DNA of 47,759 nt from Nemertoderma westbladi (lineage: Eukaryota > Animalia > Xenacoelomorpha). Under the pieces are notes generated by a model. That model was not told where the DNA came from and did no database searches. It saw only the letters and a list, made by a program, of their open reading frames with translations. The DNA lies in the NCBI GenBank assembly GCA_032718475.1, contig JAUCBJ010007511.1:1-47759 (forward strand), given 5' to 3'. The position numbers and the translations under genes are program-made. Of the stretch, positions 46,484 to 47,759 are shown in pieces (the stretch's first letter is position 1; each line of letters begins with the position of its first letter).

Positions 46484-47759
46484 AACACAATTTGAAAAAT
46501 GTTGACAAATAGCTGAGATATGGGCGTTCAAATGGTGCATAGTTTTGCACCCTGCGCGAGGCTATTTTATTCTATTTAATAAATGCATCATAATCTGTAA
46601 TATTTTGTTTATCCAAATACGTAGCTGGGAAACAATTTTACTTTTTCCATATACTAATATATATTTAAGTACAAATACAACAATTTTGTTACCGGTAACT
46701 TTAAGAGTTATGAACGGAATTGACATGGCTATTTAGATTTCTTTGCCGACTGAATTCTTTATGACAATAAACGCACTTGTTGAAAAGATAGTTTATTAGT
46801 GTGCAGCACACAGCAGCTCAACCCCGCATTCCACCCCCGCTGCCTCCGATGGCCGCCCCGTTGTTGGTGAGCCGGATGGAGATTTCTCCCACGTCAGCGT
46901 TGTGAACTGGCCGGTGACGTGATGACCTTGACCCGCGCAGGCACATGTGGGCGGCCCGAACCAGCAGAAAACTGATGTGTCGTCGGATCCAGGTAACGCA
47001 CTCTGCGTAGCTGATCTCCCGCTTATCCGCCAACAGAACAGCAAGGTGTTTGAAGAACTGCGTCGAGGATGGTGAGATTCCCCCAAAAGCAGACATGATC
47101 AGTGACGTGAAGGTCGCCAGCTCGACTTCCCTGACTCGTTCTTCATAACGACCCCGCTTCCGCGCCTCATGGTGGAGATGGGCGCCCTCTAGTGTCATTG
47201 CTGCATTGGTCGGAGCGAGAGGATTGAAAACCGAGACGTCCAAAAAGGTTATCTGGAATCTCGATCTCCAAAACCCAGACATCGCCACGTCCAGCCGCGC
47301 CTCCTGGTCCTCTGTTGTTGAACGCCTCTCGAACTGCTCACCAATGATAGGTTGCAATCGGGGTTCGATCGAGACATTCTGGGAGACCTCGGTCAGGGTT
47401 GATGCGACGAAATCCCGGATCTCGTTGTGCCGAATTGACGGATAACCGCCAGTGGGGCACGACAGGACATGATTCAAGGACAATTGTGTCCCACAGGCGC
47501 AACGAGCCGTGACCAACTGGGGTAACCAGCCATAGCGAAGACAGAGTGATCTGTGAGTTTGTGAGTGAGTTTGCTGGGCAACAATGCATTACATCTTTAA
47601 TCATACTATTACGTTGCTATTCATACAGTACATTTAAAAAATGTTCCAGAATATGGTTTATTTATTATATAGAATAAAATAGCCTCGAGCCGGTGCTAAA
47701 CCATGCATCTTTTGAACGCCCATATCTCCGCTATTTTTCAACGAAATTCAAATTGTGTT
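46484..47759. mobile_element. Inverted-repeat element whose right arm runs off the window
   Basis: 46484-46584 is the reverse complement of about 47660-47759 (GAGATATGGGCGTTCAAA, CGAGGCTATTTTATTCTAT). Confidence 0.7.
46795..47560 (-). mobile_element. 5'-truncated CRE-clade non-LTR retrotransposon (zinc knuckle and restriction-like endonuclease)
   Basis: LCLRYGW, CACG...HVLSC..GG...RHNEIRD, EPRLQP, ARLD, GFW, DVSVFNP, E..KR..Y, LRGSR. Confidence 0.85.

Overview
AT-rich eukaryotic DNA, most consistent with an invertebrate animal; the species cannot be determined from the sequence. The only host genes are two intronless AKT/PKB copies on the minus strand. One is an intact 483-aa kinase (18132-19583). 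The other is a 400-aa duplicate (41615-42817) with an open frame, the E17K-equivalent PH-domain change, damaged catalytic motifs (DFG->NFG, YRD->YGD) and no C-terminal regulatory tail. Shared upstream non-coding blocks point to a DNA-level duplication. Most of the remaining recognisable sequence is nested transposable elements. These include a CsRn1-clade Gypsy element with a -1 frameshift signal and predicted pseudoknot, and a Troyka-like Gypsy element (CG..CG LTR ends, 3-bp TSD, protease/RT deleted in frame) inserted in a 9.8-kb long-TIR Academ-like element. There are also several non-autonomous TIR elements carrying minisatellites, CR1/RTE/CRE LINE fragments, tRNA-derived SINE heads and a hairpin-rich 0.5-kb insertion. 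All alignments and copy counts were done by eye, and boundaries of degraded elements are approximate.
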